Below, one piece after another: positions 1 through 14,300 of a stretch of DNA of 64,000 bases. The position numbers were made by a program, and so were the translations under genes. How positions within the stretch are numbered: position 1 is the first letter of the stretch; each line of letters begins with the position of its first letter. The notes under the pieces were generated by a model, which did not search any database, had not been told where the DNA came from, and saw nothing but the letters and a program-made list of their open reading frames with translations. Location: NCBI GenBank assembly GCA_047967505.1, contig CM106538.1; one strand, given 5' to 3'. This DNA comes from Dipteris shenzhenensis. Lineage: Eukaryota.

Positions 1-1769
1 CTATGCTCACACTCATCGGCCAACTATGCCTGAAGTGCATCTAACTACTCTTGGAGCATGGGTGGTTGTGGCTGATGCACCATGATAATGCGATAAGTAC
101 AAATAAAGTAGAACGGAGGAAAAATAAAGACATTAAGTGTATGAGAATTTAAACGGATAAAATAAAGATGTGATTCAAGTGTATGGTAAGAAATGGATGG
201 CGGAAGATACTAAGTGTATGAAATATAAAGCAAAAGAAATCACTTATCTCGCTCTTTAATCATAGGTAAAAAGGACTAGAGTGGGAGATATGTGACCAAT
301 GATGTCGCTCGTAGTCGTCTTTGCACTCGACTGATCTCCAATTAATTGTACGGTGATTTCGTGGTTCGAATCGCCTTCTTGATTCAAGTGTCTTCAGATT
401 TTGCTTCGCTCTCTTTTTTTTATATATAAAATTTAGAGCCTTTACCCTTGCTCCATTTGTATGGTCAAAGGAAAACTTTGACTTGTGGATGTTGAAACCC
501 ACAGGAACGACGTCGCCAATTCTGAAGGAAAAAGGAACTGTCTACAAATATAGTCTCTGAGAGGCCAGTTAGCTGCTCCTGATTATGGTGCGGTCAATGG
601 ACTATGGGTTGCACAGCGTGGTCATACAGTGATGCCGTAGAGAGGTGCATGCCGTGCGGGGCAAAATCAATTGCCAATGGACTTCAACAAGGGCCGCCAA
701 AGTAATGGAGGCTCTGACAGCCTCTCTGGCAACACGACTACACTACATGTGAATAGAGATCGCCAGTGGCTGTAGGTCTCAGGGTCTACACTTTGGCGCA
801 CGCGATGGCTAGCTGTACTTTGAAAATTGAATAAAGTCAGTGCCGTCGAGGATATCAGATTCGGTTAGAGGCTGTTCAGTGCTCCAAAGTCCATGAGAGA
901 TGGTGCACACGAAAACCGAAGTCCTGCAGGTGGCTGCAGATTTGCAGATGGGCGCATGCAGTGGAAAACTCTGGTTGGAATTTGTAGTAGATGTGCTAAA
1001 ATGCCGCAGATAAGTGCGCGAAACAAAATTCGAGGCTGCTAGAGTATTAAGGGCAACACGGTTGCACTGTGCACATATCCTTTAATGCAAGGCTGAGCCT
1101 AGGGAAGTAGATGGTGGAACTGCAAGGTGGAACTACAAGCGGGCACCGAGCTGCTGTGAGCCGCTACTCTCACTGGTGACTCCTAAGTCCTGACTACTTG
1201 AAGGCACAGAATCCGATTAGTTAAGACATAGGCTAGCTACGCATTAGGACTCTAGGAGTCTACTTCAAAGTTTGCAAATGATCAGTTGCGGTTCTCCCAA
1301 GATGACGATGCTAGCCTGAGTACTTGGCGCGATCTTCAAGGCTCAAGACCTAAAGCTCAATGCGCACTTTCCTGAATGCAAAATTTTCTCTCCCCCATAA
1401 CCACAAGCTTTATGTCGGCATAAGTGTCACATAGTCCTCTTGAATCTTCCAAAGGACTTCTCTCTCTTTCAATTTCCACATGAGGGAGCTTCTCTTTGAT
1501 TCCTTTGCAAGAGCGTGACCAAGGCTCTGATACCACTGAAACCAAGAGGTAATCTTTTCAACACATGAATTCACCACATAATCAATTCGAGAAGAAGAAA
1601 CACAATCACACCATGAAAGCGACAGTAGAATGGGCACAATCTCCCCCCCTAGATGAGTGGCTCACGCTTCCTCATCTAGAGTATTTATGATATTTCATAA
1701 AAGCACCAAGGAGCCAAAATTATCCCTCTCATCCATAAATGAGGGATTTGCTTTACATAGCCATCTTAG

Positions 1770-4700
1770 TGTGAAGATAGTCAGAGAGAAGGAAGGAGTC
1801 TCACTTGCGGCTTTCTCACATACACAATGGGGGAATACACACAAAGGTGGAGGCAAAAAACAGTTTTCCTCTTCTTAGTTGTGAACCCTATATGTGGGTC
1901 TCAAACAAAACTCATCTAACTAAGGTGACATACAAACTGAGCCATGAACTAGAGTACATAAGGATAGCTGTCATCTAGCTATTATTCATGGGCGGTGTAC
2001 CAACTGCATCTGCAACTAACAAGTCGATGACATAAATGCACAATGGTCACCCTGGCATATCACGAGTGGAGCTCGATATCTCAACACTCCCCCTCGAGCT
2101 CAATCCCAATTCCTGCACACCAAGCAGGTCTCTCAACTTGCGCAGCTTCTCTGTACCCAATGCCTTCGTGAATATGTTAGCTACCTGATCCTCTGTGCTG
2201 ACATAAACTAGATCAATAAGACCTAGTAAAACCTTCTCTCGCACATAGTGATAATGTACCTCAATGTGCTTTGTTCTAGCATGATAGACTGGGTTATTTG
2301 CCAAGTGTATACTGCTCATGTTGTCACAATAAATGACAACTGGCCCATCTGTAGATTGATGCATATCATAAAGTAGCTTACGCAACCAAGCTACCTCACA
2401 TGCAACCATTGCTACACCCCTGTACTCAGCCTTTGTGCTCGACAAGGCAATTGTAGGCTGTTTCTTATTGCTCCAAGTGACTACAGCACTCCCAAAAGAG
2501 AACATATATCCACTAGTAGATTGTCTATCAGAAATACTACCAGCCCAATCAGCATCGGTGTATCCATGCAACTGTATCTGAACCCCAGCCTCATAAAATA
2601 GTCCATACTGCAATGTGGACTTCACATACCTGAGTATGCGTCTAGCCACATCCAAATGCGGTTTCCTTGGAGCCTGCATAAACTGACCTACCAATCCAAC
2701 AACATAGCTTAAATCTGGCCTGGTAATAGTCATATAAATCAAACTTCCTACTATGCGTGTGTACATAGTAGGGTCTTCCAGAAGCTCACCTACATCTGCG
2801 CTCAGCTTCACATTCTGCTCCAAAGGAACTGAAATAGGCTTACAGCCTGTCATCCCATATTTGGACAACATGTCCAATCCATATTGCCTTTGTAAGAGCT
2901 GTATCCCACTTGGTGATCTAATCACCTCAATGCCCAAGAAATAACGCAGCTCTCCCAAATCCTTCATCTCAAACTTCTGCTTCAATAGCATTTTCACATG
3001 AAGGATATCTTCATCACTATCACTTGTGATGATCAAATCATCAACATAAATGACAAGCAACATAATACCTTTCTCTGTTTTTCTCATATAAAGTGAGAAA
3101 TATGCCTTGGAAATCTGAAAGCTAATAGTGACAAGATATTGTCCTATCTTGTCAGACCATGCTCTAGGTGCTTGCTTTAAGCCATACAAGGCTTTCTTCA
3201 ACCTGCAAACAAACTCAGGATTAACAGCATGAACATAACCTCGTGGCTGCTCCATCAAGACCTCTTCTTGCAAATCACCATGCAAGAAGGCATTCTTTAC
3301 ATCCATCTGATGTAAAGACCATCCCTTTGATGCAGCCATAGCAATGACTGCTCTTACGATTGCCATCCTTGCAACCGGACTGAATGTTTCCTCATAATCA
3401 GTGCCATATGTCTGTGCATACCCCTTGACAACTAATCTTGCCTTGTATCTATTCATGGAACCATCTACATTGTGCTTCACCTTATAAACCCACTTATAGC
3501 CAATTGCATTCTTGTCTTTAGGGAAAGGCACCAATTCCCATGTAGCATTTGCTTCCAAGGCATCCATTTCTTCATCCATCATGGCTTTCTCCCATTTTTC
3601 TTTTCCCATGGCTTGCTCAAAAGAAGTGGGTTCTGGTTCTTGTATCTCTTTGACCATATAGGCATAGTGAATGGCTGTAAATCCATCATATTTTAGCCTA
3701 TCCATAGGATACCTAGCTCTGGTAGACTTGCACAAAATAGGCTCACTTCTAGGTGCTCTCAAAATATCCCTGGTCTTCCTTACTCTAGGTGTAACAATAG
3801 AAGGGATACCCAATTCATCATCAATGCTCTGTTCTGAGCCACTGGATTCACCATCCACATAAGAGTGACCTACATTCACATCAAACATGGGCTGATCTAC
3901 CTTCTCTTTTCCTTTTTGTGATAATTGCATACCACTATCTGCATTGCTTTGAGGAGATTCTCTTGATCTCAATCAGCCTGTCCATGGTGAAGTATGTGAA
4001 CCACTGCTAGAGGACACTGCAGGTCCACTGATATTTTGTGATTGCTGCTATGAATTCTGTGCAGCATTACCATTTTGTGCATCTATATCATCAATCACAT
4101 TTACTGGTTTATACCAGCTGCTCATCTCATCAAAAACAACATCTTTGCTCATTGTAAACTTATGAGTAGAAGGGTTATAGCATTTATACCCTTTCTGCTT
4201 CAGAGAATAACCAATAAAGATGCACTTCTCAGCTTTTGGATCCAACTTGGATCTCAACACATCTGGCACATGAACATAGGCAATGCAACCAAAAATTTTC
4301 AAATGAGAAATATCTAGTTTCCTACCAGTATACATCTCCTTTGGTGTCATGCCATGTATTGCTGTAGTGGGAGTCCTGTTCATTATGTAAACTCCTGTAG
4401 CAACTGCTTCAGCCCAATAATAATCTGGTGGATTCTTTTCATTTAGCATGGCCGGAGATACCTCTCCAATATGCCTATTTTTCCTTTCTGCAAGTCCATT
4501 TTGCTATGGGGTATGATTGCATGAATATTGCTGCTTTATGCCATGCTCATGCAGGAACCTTGAAAACTCATTTAAAAGGTACTCTCCCCCTTTATCTGAC
4601 CTTAGGCATTTTATTTACAGGCCTGTTTCTTTTTCAACCATAGCTTTAAATGTTTGAAATGCCCAAACACTTCACTTTTCTTTTTCATAAAATGCACCCA

Positions 4701-7320
4701 AACTTTTCTACTGTAGTCATCAATAAATGTGACAAAATAATGATAGCCTCCAATAGATGCAGCTTTAGTAGTCCACACATTAGAGTGGATTAATTCCAAT
4801 GGCCTCTTACTCTCTTGAACATGTCTAGGAAATGGTTTCCTTGCCTGTTTTCCAAATTGGCAGGCTTCACATACCTTATGCATTTCTGCAACCTTGAATT
4901 TAGGCAATCCTGCAACAATATTTTGGGCCTGCATTGATTTAAGTTGTTGTGCATTAACATGACCAATGCCTTTATGCCAGATATCAATATCTACAACTAC
5001 ACCGGTCCCATGTGCAAACATTGCTGCACTCAATTCAGGCATGTCCGCATCCAACGTAAACATCCTGCCCTTTTTCTTTCCTTTTGCTATCAAGCGACTG
5101 TTATTTTTCATATCCTCAACAAAGAATCCATGAGGATTAAATCTGAACTGCAAGCCCTGCTCAACCATTTGACCAACAGAAACCAGGTTGGTGATATTCG
5201 GGACATGAAATACATCAGACAGGTATTTCTTTTTCCCATCCTGCATAGACAAAGGAATTTTACCAATCTACATAATAGGATGTGTAGTATCATCACTAGT
5301 CTCCACAAATTTTAGTCTTTCCATTTTCCTTGCATCTTGCATCCATTCTGCATGACCTGTCATGTGGTTTGATGCACCTGAGTCAACATACCACACATCA
5401 TTACTTTCTTCTGTACTTGTCACAAAATTGGTCATGTGTTGCACCGTGAACAGATGCTCATTTTTGTCATCACCCTGTCTACTAGAAGATGCATAATTGC
5501 CTTGCTACAATTTTCCATTCATAATGTCATTTTGCTTTTTATAGCAGTCTTTAGCCATATGACCCATTTTACCACAATAGTAGCATTCAACATTGTTGTT
5601 TGCGTTTTGGCCTCTTTGCCATCCACCATGACCTCTTTGGCTCCCCCTGCCTCTAGAGTTACCACGTCCTCCTCCATAGGACTGGTTTTCTTGAGTTTGC
5701 TACATATTTTGATTTCTACCACGGCCTCCAGATCGGCCTACTCTACCTCTGCCTCTACCTCTTCTAGCATTTGAGTAGAAGACAGTTTCTTTTGAAGTTT
5801 CTCCTGAAGAAGATGCACCATCATTTCTTTGCTCTTCAGAAATTAGAAGAGCAAACAACTCTTCAAAATCATGAAAATTTTCATGGATGGCAATCGATGT
5901 CTAGAACTGTGCATAATCCTTTCCTAGACCATTCAAGGTCACAGAAACTAGATCATCATCTTCCACTGGCAACCCAATGGAAGCAAGTGCATCTACAATT
6001 TTCTTCACCTTCATGTGGTAGTCATTGATGCTCATATTTTCTCTCTGCACATTGTGCAACTCCTGCTTGAGCTACATTTTCTTGGCTTGCGTATTTGTGC
6101 TGTATATTTTTGCCAAAGTATTCCATGCCTCCTTTGGTGTACTTGCATACTGAATATGCACAATCATAGAATCCGAAATACTGATAGATAGCCAGTACAT
6201 AACTTTTCTGGCTCTCTCATGCCATCGTTTAAATGCCTGCATTTCCTATTGATTGGGAACATTAGAAAGAACTGGTTCTTCTTCATTTCCTGTAATGAAC
6301 TCCCAATAGCCTTTTCCCATAAGGAAATTTGTCATTCTAAACTTCCATGCTTTGAAGTTATTCTTGTCAAGCTTTTCAGTGATAATCTTTGAAAGAGAAT
6401 CAGATGCCATTACAAAACACTGCAAAATATTCTGTCACTGCAAAAAACATAGCTTCTGCCTCACACAGGCAAATCTGCAAAACTGACAAAAGTGGTATTT
6501 GACCACACAGTCACTTCCTAGTGACGATTTTGCATCAACAGGCAATAAAAATGATTTTGTAACTCCCAGTATCTCTGCACACAGGCATACGATGCAATTT
6601 TTATGGCAACTTTTCACCGACCTGCAGAGCAGTGGTCGCATAGCAAAAACAAGGCCTTTTTCTCAGTGCCTGTGGAAATCTTCCGCCACCAAAACGGGCC
6701 TCGAAATGGCCTCGAATCAGAAAAATAAAGTCACCAAGGGATTTGCCCTTGCCCGTACCATATATTGCCCTCTTGCCACACCCCTCTTGCCACACCGCAA
6801 AGGGCGTCTCAATCTGAGACAATGCACTCTTACACTTTTCGGCTGTGCTACCTGTAGAGATTTACTCCCAAACTCAAAAAAGGAAAGCAACACTGGTCCT
6901 CTTACTAGGACACCGCGAACTTGGTTTGCTTTCTTGAGCTCCTTACCACGAACCAGGCTCTGATACCATGTGAAGATAGTGGGAGAGAAGGAAGGAGTCT
7001 CACTTGCGGCTTTCTCACATACACAATGGGGGAATACACACAAAGGTGGAGGCTGAAAACAGTTTTCCTCTTCTTAGTTGTGAAAGCCAAAAGAACTCTA
7101 TTACAAGGAAATAGAAGAACCCTATATGTGGGTCTCAAACCAAACTTAGCTAACTAAGGTGGCATACTAACTGAGCCATGAACTAGAGTACATAAGGATA
7201 GCTGTCATCCAGTTGTTATTCTTGGGCAGTGTACCAACCGTATCTGCAGCTAACAAGTCGGTGACATAAATGCACAACGGTCACCCTGGCATATCACGAG
7301 TGGAGCTCGATATCTCAACA
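1770..7320 (-). mobile_element. Full-length decayed Ty1/copia LTR retrotransposon
   Basis: LTRs 6969-7320 (5', 352 bp) and 1770-2086 (3', 317 bp), both TG...CA. TSD CTTAG at 1765-1769 and 7321-7325. Met PBS 6957-6968; PPT GAGGGGGAG 2087-2095; gag-PR-INT-RT-RH order. Confidence 0.97.
2047..6410 (-). pseudogene. copia gag-pol polyprotein, broken by stops and frameshifts
   Basis: Start MASDSLSKIITEKLDKNNF (6410); Zn knuckle CYYCGKMGHMAKDC; protease WYVDSGASNHM; integrase WHKGIGH..CEAC, FIDDYSR; RT YKARLV, QMDVKNAFLHG, IYVDDL; RNase H YTDADWAG, HIEVHYH. Confidence 0.95.
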
Positions 7321-7816
7321 CTTAGGTCCCAAAATGAATTATGTCCTCAACAAAATATATTGCTCAAACTTGCAATAATAAAACAAATACAAATTTGGCC
7401 CATGGCCATATATAATGTGTTGTGCGACACCTCGATCGGTACCCTCGCACTAACTCCAATCCTCGCTATGAGTTCCATTGCCTGTACTCAAGCAGCCAAT
7501 TACATTAGTTATTAACAATCGATTGAACGAATCACCGAATCAACCGATCCCAACATAACTGTGCTCAAAGCACAATAATCAAGCACAACACCAATAACAC
7601 TAGTGACATTAGTATTAACATGGAATCACCCATAATACCGAGCATCTAGGATGGCAAAACACAAGCTAGTCAGGTGTCCCCAACTAACCACACAAAGTAT
7701 CCACGAGGACCCCACCGCGTCCGGTGTGCTCCTATGTAGTACTTTGCCATAGTTACACTTGACTAAAATAATAAAATCCAAAGCAAGATATATCAGAAAA
7801 TATAATTTCCATAACA

Positions 7817-8830
7817 AAGTGCTATTTACCAAATTCAAATTGCTATGTGCTAAATGCAAGTCAATATGAACCCAAGGAAGGGCATGTTACTTGGTCTTAT
7901 AATTTTTGGAGAGGAAGTGTTCCAACTCTCCCTCCACACAATTGTGTGATTATGTGATAAATGCAAAGTACTATGTGCCAAATGCAAAGTGCTATGTGCC
8001 AAATTCAAATTTCTGTATGCTAAATTCAAATTTCTCTATACTGAATGCAAATTGAAATGAACCCAAGGAAGGGCATGCTCCTTGGTCTTATAATTTTTGG
8101 AGAGGAAGTGTGCCAACTCTCCCCTCACATAATTGTGTGGTTATGTGCTAACTGCAAAGAACTATGTGCCAAATACAAATTGCTATGTGACAAATTCAAA
8201 TTGCTATGTGATGAATTCAAATTGCTTTGTGCTAAATGCAAATTGAAATGAACCCAAGGAAGGGCACGTTTCTTGGTCTTATAATTTTTGGAGAGGAAGT
8301 GTGCCAACTCTCCCCCCACACAATTGTGTGGTTATGCGCTAAGTGCAACGAACTATGTGCCAAATGCGAAGTGCTATGTGCCAAATTCAAATTGCTATGT
8401 GCTAAATTCAAATTTCTTTGTGTTGAATGCAAATTGAAATGAGTTCGCAAGGAAGGGCACATTGGTCTCATAATTTTTGGAGAGGACATGTACCAACTTT
8501 CCTCCCACGCAAATGTGTGGTTATTTGCTAAATGCAAAGTATATGTGGAATGCAAAGTGATATTAACCAAATTCAAATTACTATGATGTGCCAAATAAAA
8601 ACAAAGCATGTGGTCATATGCTAAATGCAAATTGCTATTTACAAAATGCAAATTGCAATCTAATTATATAATACAATAAAAACTTAGCTCTCCTCCCACA
8701 TAATTGTGTGGTTATGTGCTAATTGCAAAGTACTATGTGCCAAATACGAATTGCTATGTGACAAATTCAAATTGCTATGTGATGAATTCAAATTGCTTTG
8801 TGCTAAATGCTTGCAAATTGAAATGAACCC
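7817..8830. repeat. ~191-bp tandem repeat built from ~21-bp subrepeats (AAATTCAAATTGCTATGTGC)
   Basis: Units starting ATGAACCCAAGGAAGGGCA near 7866, 8058, 8248 and 8439, plus a partial unit. Related single units at ~28690-28815 (inverted) and ~41165-41290. Confidence 0.9.
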
Positions 8831-8834
8831 AAGA

Positions 8835-11800
8835 ATGAGAGTCTCATCACCAAGTTGAGTTCTCTGCGAGTACCTAATGGAACAACGATGACCCGTTTCC
8901 CTCGGCTCCCCATCCTGCAACTCCTTTGGTCATGGCTATGGCTGGTGGAGTGTTGCACGATGGAGAACCAAGGCAAACAATGGATCCCATGAATTGGGTA
9001 GAATTATGAAGGGGCATCGAGGTTGTAGCAGAAGATTCATCATAGGGGTAGAGGGGGCTTGGAGAGAGCATGGAAGGGGATAGGAGAGAAATTTCCCTAG
9101 GTGTGGTGAATTATTTCTCTACCCTTAAGGCCTTTATATAGCTAGACTTTTTGCCCTCCCACTCTTTCCCCCTTCTTTTCTTGTGTTAGTTGTGCAACTT
9201 TGGGTGCCTATTGTTGTTGCTAAGAGCACACAATCCATCCACTAGATTTTGCTGGTAGCCCAACCTAGCATAGGCAGTCATCTACATCATCGTCTAGCCA
9301 TGATGTGCGATTAGATGGTTGCCATGCTATAATTTCTTGGTCATTGGAGCCAAGATCATGATAATTCAATAGGAAGAAGGGGGAGGAGTGGTGGGACATG
9401 CACCCAGCCTTACTGGTAGCGTAGCCTAGCCTAGGCGATCATTTACATCATCGTCTAGCCATGACGAGCGATTAGATGGTTGCCATGTGAGAATTTCTCG
9501 ATCATCGGAGCCAAGATCATAATAATTCAATGGGATGAGGGGGGAGGAGTAGTGGCACATACACCCAGCTTTGTTGGTAGCCCAGCATAGTGTAGGCAGT
9601 CATTTACATCATTTTTCTAGCCATGACATGCGATTAGACGGTTGCCATGGGGAATTTCTCGATCATCGAAAAATTCTAATAGTCTGATATGTTCTTACAG
9701 TCTATCTCTAGCTTAATGCTAATCTCAACGTGCAAGTTAGATGGTCCCTCATTAAAAGTCCTTGTTAATATAGTTTGATTCCAACTCAATGCTAATTTGG
9801 GTAGCCTGTGAACTAGATGGCCCCTCATGCAAAGTCATTGTTATTACAATCAACTGAAGAAAGGAAAGATCAAAGCAAGACATTAGATTAGCATTGAGAT
9901 GTTTCATCAGGCTATAATAACAATAGTTCTCATTCTAAACTATTGTTATTTTAGCCTGATAAACTGACTGAATGCTAATCTAAGCTTGTGAACTTGATGG
10001 TCCCCCATGTAAAGTCATTTTTATTACAGTCTGATTTCGGCTCAATGCTAATCTGAGCCTGTGAATTAGATGGCCCCTCATGCACAATCATTGTTATTAT
10101 AGTCTGATTCCGATTGAATGCTAATCTGAACCTATGAATTAGTCAGTCCCTCATGCACAGTCATTGTCACTAAAACAAGCTTAGTGGTTGTTTGGGATTT
10201 ATATTTTCCCTTGTTTGGGATTTATTGATTGGGATTTGCTGAAACAAGCGTGGTGGTTGTTGGGGATTTACTAAAGGTTATATTTTGTGGGGTTGTAGTT
10301 AATCCTAAACCAAAAAAAATGCATTTTGTTGCCAGTGCCTACCTCCTCTAGCCTTAACTATCATACAACTAACCTATCATATTTATCAATGTGATGTGTG
10401 GGGAATCTATCAGTATACAGGTCTTCAAAGATGGCAAAGATCTCATTGGATTAGATCGTTGAGCATGTCAAGACAACTTGATTTGATAGATTAGAATATG
10501 TGAACAATTACATCTTGATAGTACGAGAGCGAACTAGTTAAAAAACCCGATAGATCTTGAGTGAAGGAACAATAGAGGAATAGAGATGGAAAGCCATAGA
10601 GGCAACATTTGACATTTTTCATGCTACTTGTCTTGAGCTTGATGAAGCCATTTCGCAAGGGGTCCCTCGACAACCCAAGATTGTTGTAGATGAGATTGAT
10701 CGCTTGGAGGAGAAACATAGAGTTCCCAAGAGTGTCATTCACAAGATGGTCATATTGCAGGAGGAAGTGTGGGACTCGGCCTTCAACAATATAAGAACAC
10801 AGTTTGTGAATTATGTTGCTTAAGGCTCCCACTCTATGAAGTGTCAAGCTTGCGTCCTAGAATCCTTGCATAAATATAAAGTCCTTCAAAAATCTTGGAC
10901 TTGATCTCTTGGAATCTTGGATATATATTACTCGGGACTTTTTTAAGGGCTGACCACCCCTCTAATACAGTCAGTTTTTCAATAGAACTTGAGTTAAGTA
11001 GTAAATTGTCTTCTTTGAAAAAAAAAGGTAGTAAATTGTCTTTGTATTTATCCATACTTGATATGATGGTGGTCTCTTTTCGAAATGTAGAAGAGTAAAA
11101 CTTGGTTGTATACTACCTAGGTATATAACTTTAGGGACTGACTATACATTTGGATTTTCTATATAACTTTAGTTTTAAAGCAGTGATAATTCACCATTTA
11201 TCAGTCCTTGTATATGACTACTTCACTCAGTTGGACCTTATAATTTGAAAATTTTGCATTTAGTTGGATTCAAAGGTTCTATTTTCTTATGACTGCTTCA
11301 CTCATGACGTGTGATTAGATGGTAATTCTAATAGTATGATATATTCTTATAGTCTATCTCATCTTAATGCTAGTTCTCATTCTAAACTATTGTTATTATA
11401 GCTTGATAAACCAGCTAAATGCTAATCTAAGCTTGTGAACTAGATGCAAAGTCATTGTTATTACAGTCTGATTCCGGCTCAATGCTAATCTGAGCCTGTG
11501 AATTAGATGGTCCCTCATGCACAGCCATTGTTATTACAGTCTGATTCTAGCTCAATGCTGATCTGAGCCTATGAATTAGATGGTCCCTCATGCACAGTCA
11601 TTGTTATTACAGTCTGATTCCGACTGAATGCTAATCTGAACCTATGAATTAGATGGTCCCTCATGCACAGTCATTGTCACTAAAACAAGCTCGGTGGTTG
11701 TTTGGGATTAGTATATTGTTTGAGATTTACATTTTTCCTTATTTGGAGAGAAGATTGATTGGGATTTACTGAAACAAGCATGGTGGTTGTTTGGGATTTA

Positions 11801-11915
11801 CTAAAGGTCATATTTTGCGGGGGTTGCGGGTAATCCTAATCCAACACAAATGCATTTCGTTGCCAATGCCTACCTCCTTTAGCCTTAATTGGTGTTTGAG
11901 GTGACCCAATCATGA
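8835..11915. repeat. Rearranged extra copy of repeat module A, with ~165-bp and ~67-bp internal tandem arrays
   Basis: 8835-9660 matches 23113-23930; 11300-11915 matches ~23925-24510. 67-bp units AATGCTAATCTGAGCCTGTGAATTAGATGGTCCCTCATGCACAGTCATTG at ~9700-10170 and ~11400-11680. Confidence 0.8.
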
Positions 11916-13349
11916 TTCTAATGGTCAATAGCATAGAGCTTGACACATGGCACTATATGCATTTACTCGTGAGCACAGAGACTATTGCTCTACCTCTGGC
12001 CTGACTACATCACACAGCCTTTACCTTGCCATGTTTGCTCACCACCGTGCTGGTTCAAGCAATGATGTTGGCATGGAGAGACCACCACGTTGGCATGAAG
12101 ACCACTGTGGCATGTCAATATCTAAAGGGGACCCCTCAAGGTCCATATCCGCAACCACCGCACTGGATGTTGGATCTATTTTAGTTCTAAACCAAGGAAA
12201 ATAGTGTTATTTTGGAGATATTTTAGTCGTATTACTCCTTGTGCAATAATTTCTCAACCACTGCACACGTTCTTGGAGATATTTTAGTTCCAAGCTAAGG
12301 AAAATGTAGACATTTGCAATTTAGTATAGTTTCCTTACAACCACCACACTGGTTATTGGAGTTATCATGGTTCTAAACCATCATATTGGTTATTGGAACC
12401 ATTTTCACCATAGTAACAATAGTTTTTTTAATAATTTCTTGTGCAACAATCCCTATGGTTGTAGTAAAATGTAAACGAGGGAAGAAATATGCCATTTGTT
12501 CTTCTTTAGAGCCACTTTCACTACCGAAGTAACAGCAACAATAGTTTTGGCGATAAGGTACTACATTGAAATTGAAACAAAAGAAATTACATCCAATAGT
12601 TTTTGCGATAATAGTATTACATCGAAATTGAAACAAAATAAATTACATCCGAAGCAAACATTTAACAAAATAAATTACATATAAAGATGCTAGCACTTTG
12701 TCTTTGTGACACTTCTTTAAACACTTTTAGCACTTGTCAACACCACCACTGTGGCAAGATTGGGTGTCACTTTTTGCCCTTGTTAGCACTTTCTTACACT
12801 TTTGACCTGGTGTTTTGTATGCATGGGATAATATGAGCACCTTGTAATGCTATCATAGGTAGGACTTTCTTACAATTTTGACTTGGAACTCCTTGTATGC
12901 ATGGGACAATACTAGCACCTCGTAATTGAAATAGCCTTTTTCATAGCAACTTCTTTCAAGGCACTGGAAGAGGGAACTCATCTTGGAGGTGAGCTCACTC
13001 GAGCATAACATTCGATAGCGGACAGGGAACTCAATATGGTGGTGAGCTCCAGCACACTGACGCATGCTCTCAGTGTGTTAGAGCTGATCGCCCAGTTGAG
13101 TTCCTTCCCTAGTGTCGAAGGTTGTGTGCAATTATGAGAGGCTCATCTGCAAGTTGAGTTCTCTCCCAATGCTTGACAGAACAACGACGATGTGTTTCCC
13201 TTGGCTCCACATCCTACAACATGGTTGGTTATCAAGGAATTGCTTCTTTCAAGGGTGGTAGCAAGCTAAGGGTGTCCACTTCCAGACCACTTTCGGGTGA
13301 GTGTGACACCCGCTCGAGTGAAAATACAAAGGTTTTGCTTCAGTCTGCC

Positions 13350-14300
13350 ATACCTCGATCGAGGTATTATCTCCAATGAAAATCACACATGAGGACAATC
13401 GAGCCAAGCCCATACCTCGATCGAGGTCCTGAACTTTTTTCACCGAACTGAGCCTATACCTCGATCGAGGTCTTTTGGCATGCCACCTATACATGCCACC
13501 TATACCTCGTTTGAGGTAGCCTGGTAATCCAGCTATACCTCGATTGAGGTATCGTGGCATGTCTAGCTACACCTAGATCGAGGTATGTGCCATCTGACAA
13601 GGCAGTTCACATACCTCGATCGAGGTATGCTGGACCGATGACTTGGCCGCATGTCGAATACGTCAATCGAGATATGTGGCATCTGTCTACTGCTGACATA
13701 CCTCGATCGAGGTATCGTGGCAGGTCAGTACCTCGATCAACGTAGATGTGCCGATGTGTGTGGGGCATGTCAAATACCTCGATCGAGGTATAGAGGTATG
13801 ATGGAGCGATGTACATGTGGCATGTACGATACCTCGATCGAGGTATCGTGGCATGTATATACCTCGATCGAGGTATGATGGAGCGATATGTATGTTGCAT
13901 GTGAAATACCTCGATCGAGGTAGGGAAACCCTAAATTTTCTTATATAAAGAGAGTGACCCCCCTCATTCTTCATACCTCGATCGAGCTCCTCCTCATCGA
14001 TCGATTTCGGATTTGTGGGAGGTCGACAGAATTGTGGCAGCGATGGAGAGTGACCGACGGACAACAACGGAGCATGTCAAATACCTCGATTGAGGTATGA
14101 TGGAGGTATGATAGAGCGATGTACATGTGGCATGTATGATACCTCGATCGAGGTACCGTGGCATGTATATACCTCGATCGAGGTATGATGGAGCGATATG
14201 TATGTTGCATGTGAAATACCTCGATCGAGGTAGGGAAACCCTAAATTTTCTTATATAAAGAGAGTGACCCCCCTCATTCTTCATACCTCAATCGAGCTCC
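13350..14300. repeat. Array of about 20 copies (some degenerate) of the 18-bp palindrome ATACCTCGATCGAGGTAT, including a ~310-bp tandem duplication (13765-14071 / 14072-14381)
   Basis: Directly readable; spacers are variable and partly repeated. Confidence 0.93.

Larger units (their letters stand above)
1..7816 (-). mobile_element. 5' part of an older LTR retrotransposon: 5' LTR (7816-7326 + 1769-1537, split by a copia insertion), tRNA-Met PBS and non-coding leader running off the left edge
   Basis: Minus strand reads TGTTATGG (7816)...TTTCA (1537), G, then TGGTATCAGAGC (1535-1524, initiator tRNA-Met PBS). No convincing gag ORF in 1-1520. The 7816 boundary is inferred from the TG..CA end and the start of a tandem array. 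Confidence 0.65.

Noticed and set aside
488-520. TGGCGAC PBS-like or TGTTG LTR-start-like sequence
   Set aside because: No partner LTR, TSD or adjacent CA end could be established.
1524-1535. tRNA gene
   Set aside because: Only a 12-nt primer-binding site; no tRNA or rRNA genes were seen in the window.
8045-8920. Cys/Lys- and His/Leu-rich short ORFs
   Set aside because: Translations of the tandem repeat.
10491-11055. Possible endogenous viral or other coding fragment
   Set aside because: No diagnostic motif recognised; a tBLASTx search would be needed.
13249-14284. ORFs with repeated PRSRY / YLDRG / TSIEV
   Set aside because: Three-frame readings of the 18-bp palindrome.
13350-14300. CRISPR-like array of palindromic repeats
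   Set aside because: Eukaryotic context, 18-bp repeat, irregular and duplicated spacers, no cas genes; lies inside a TIR transposon.
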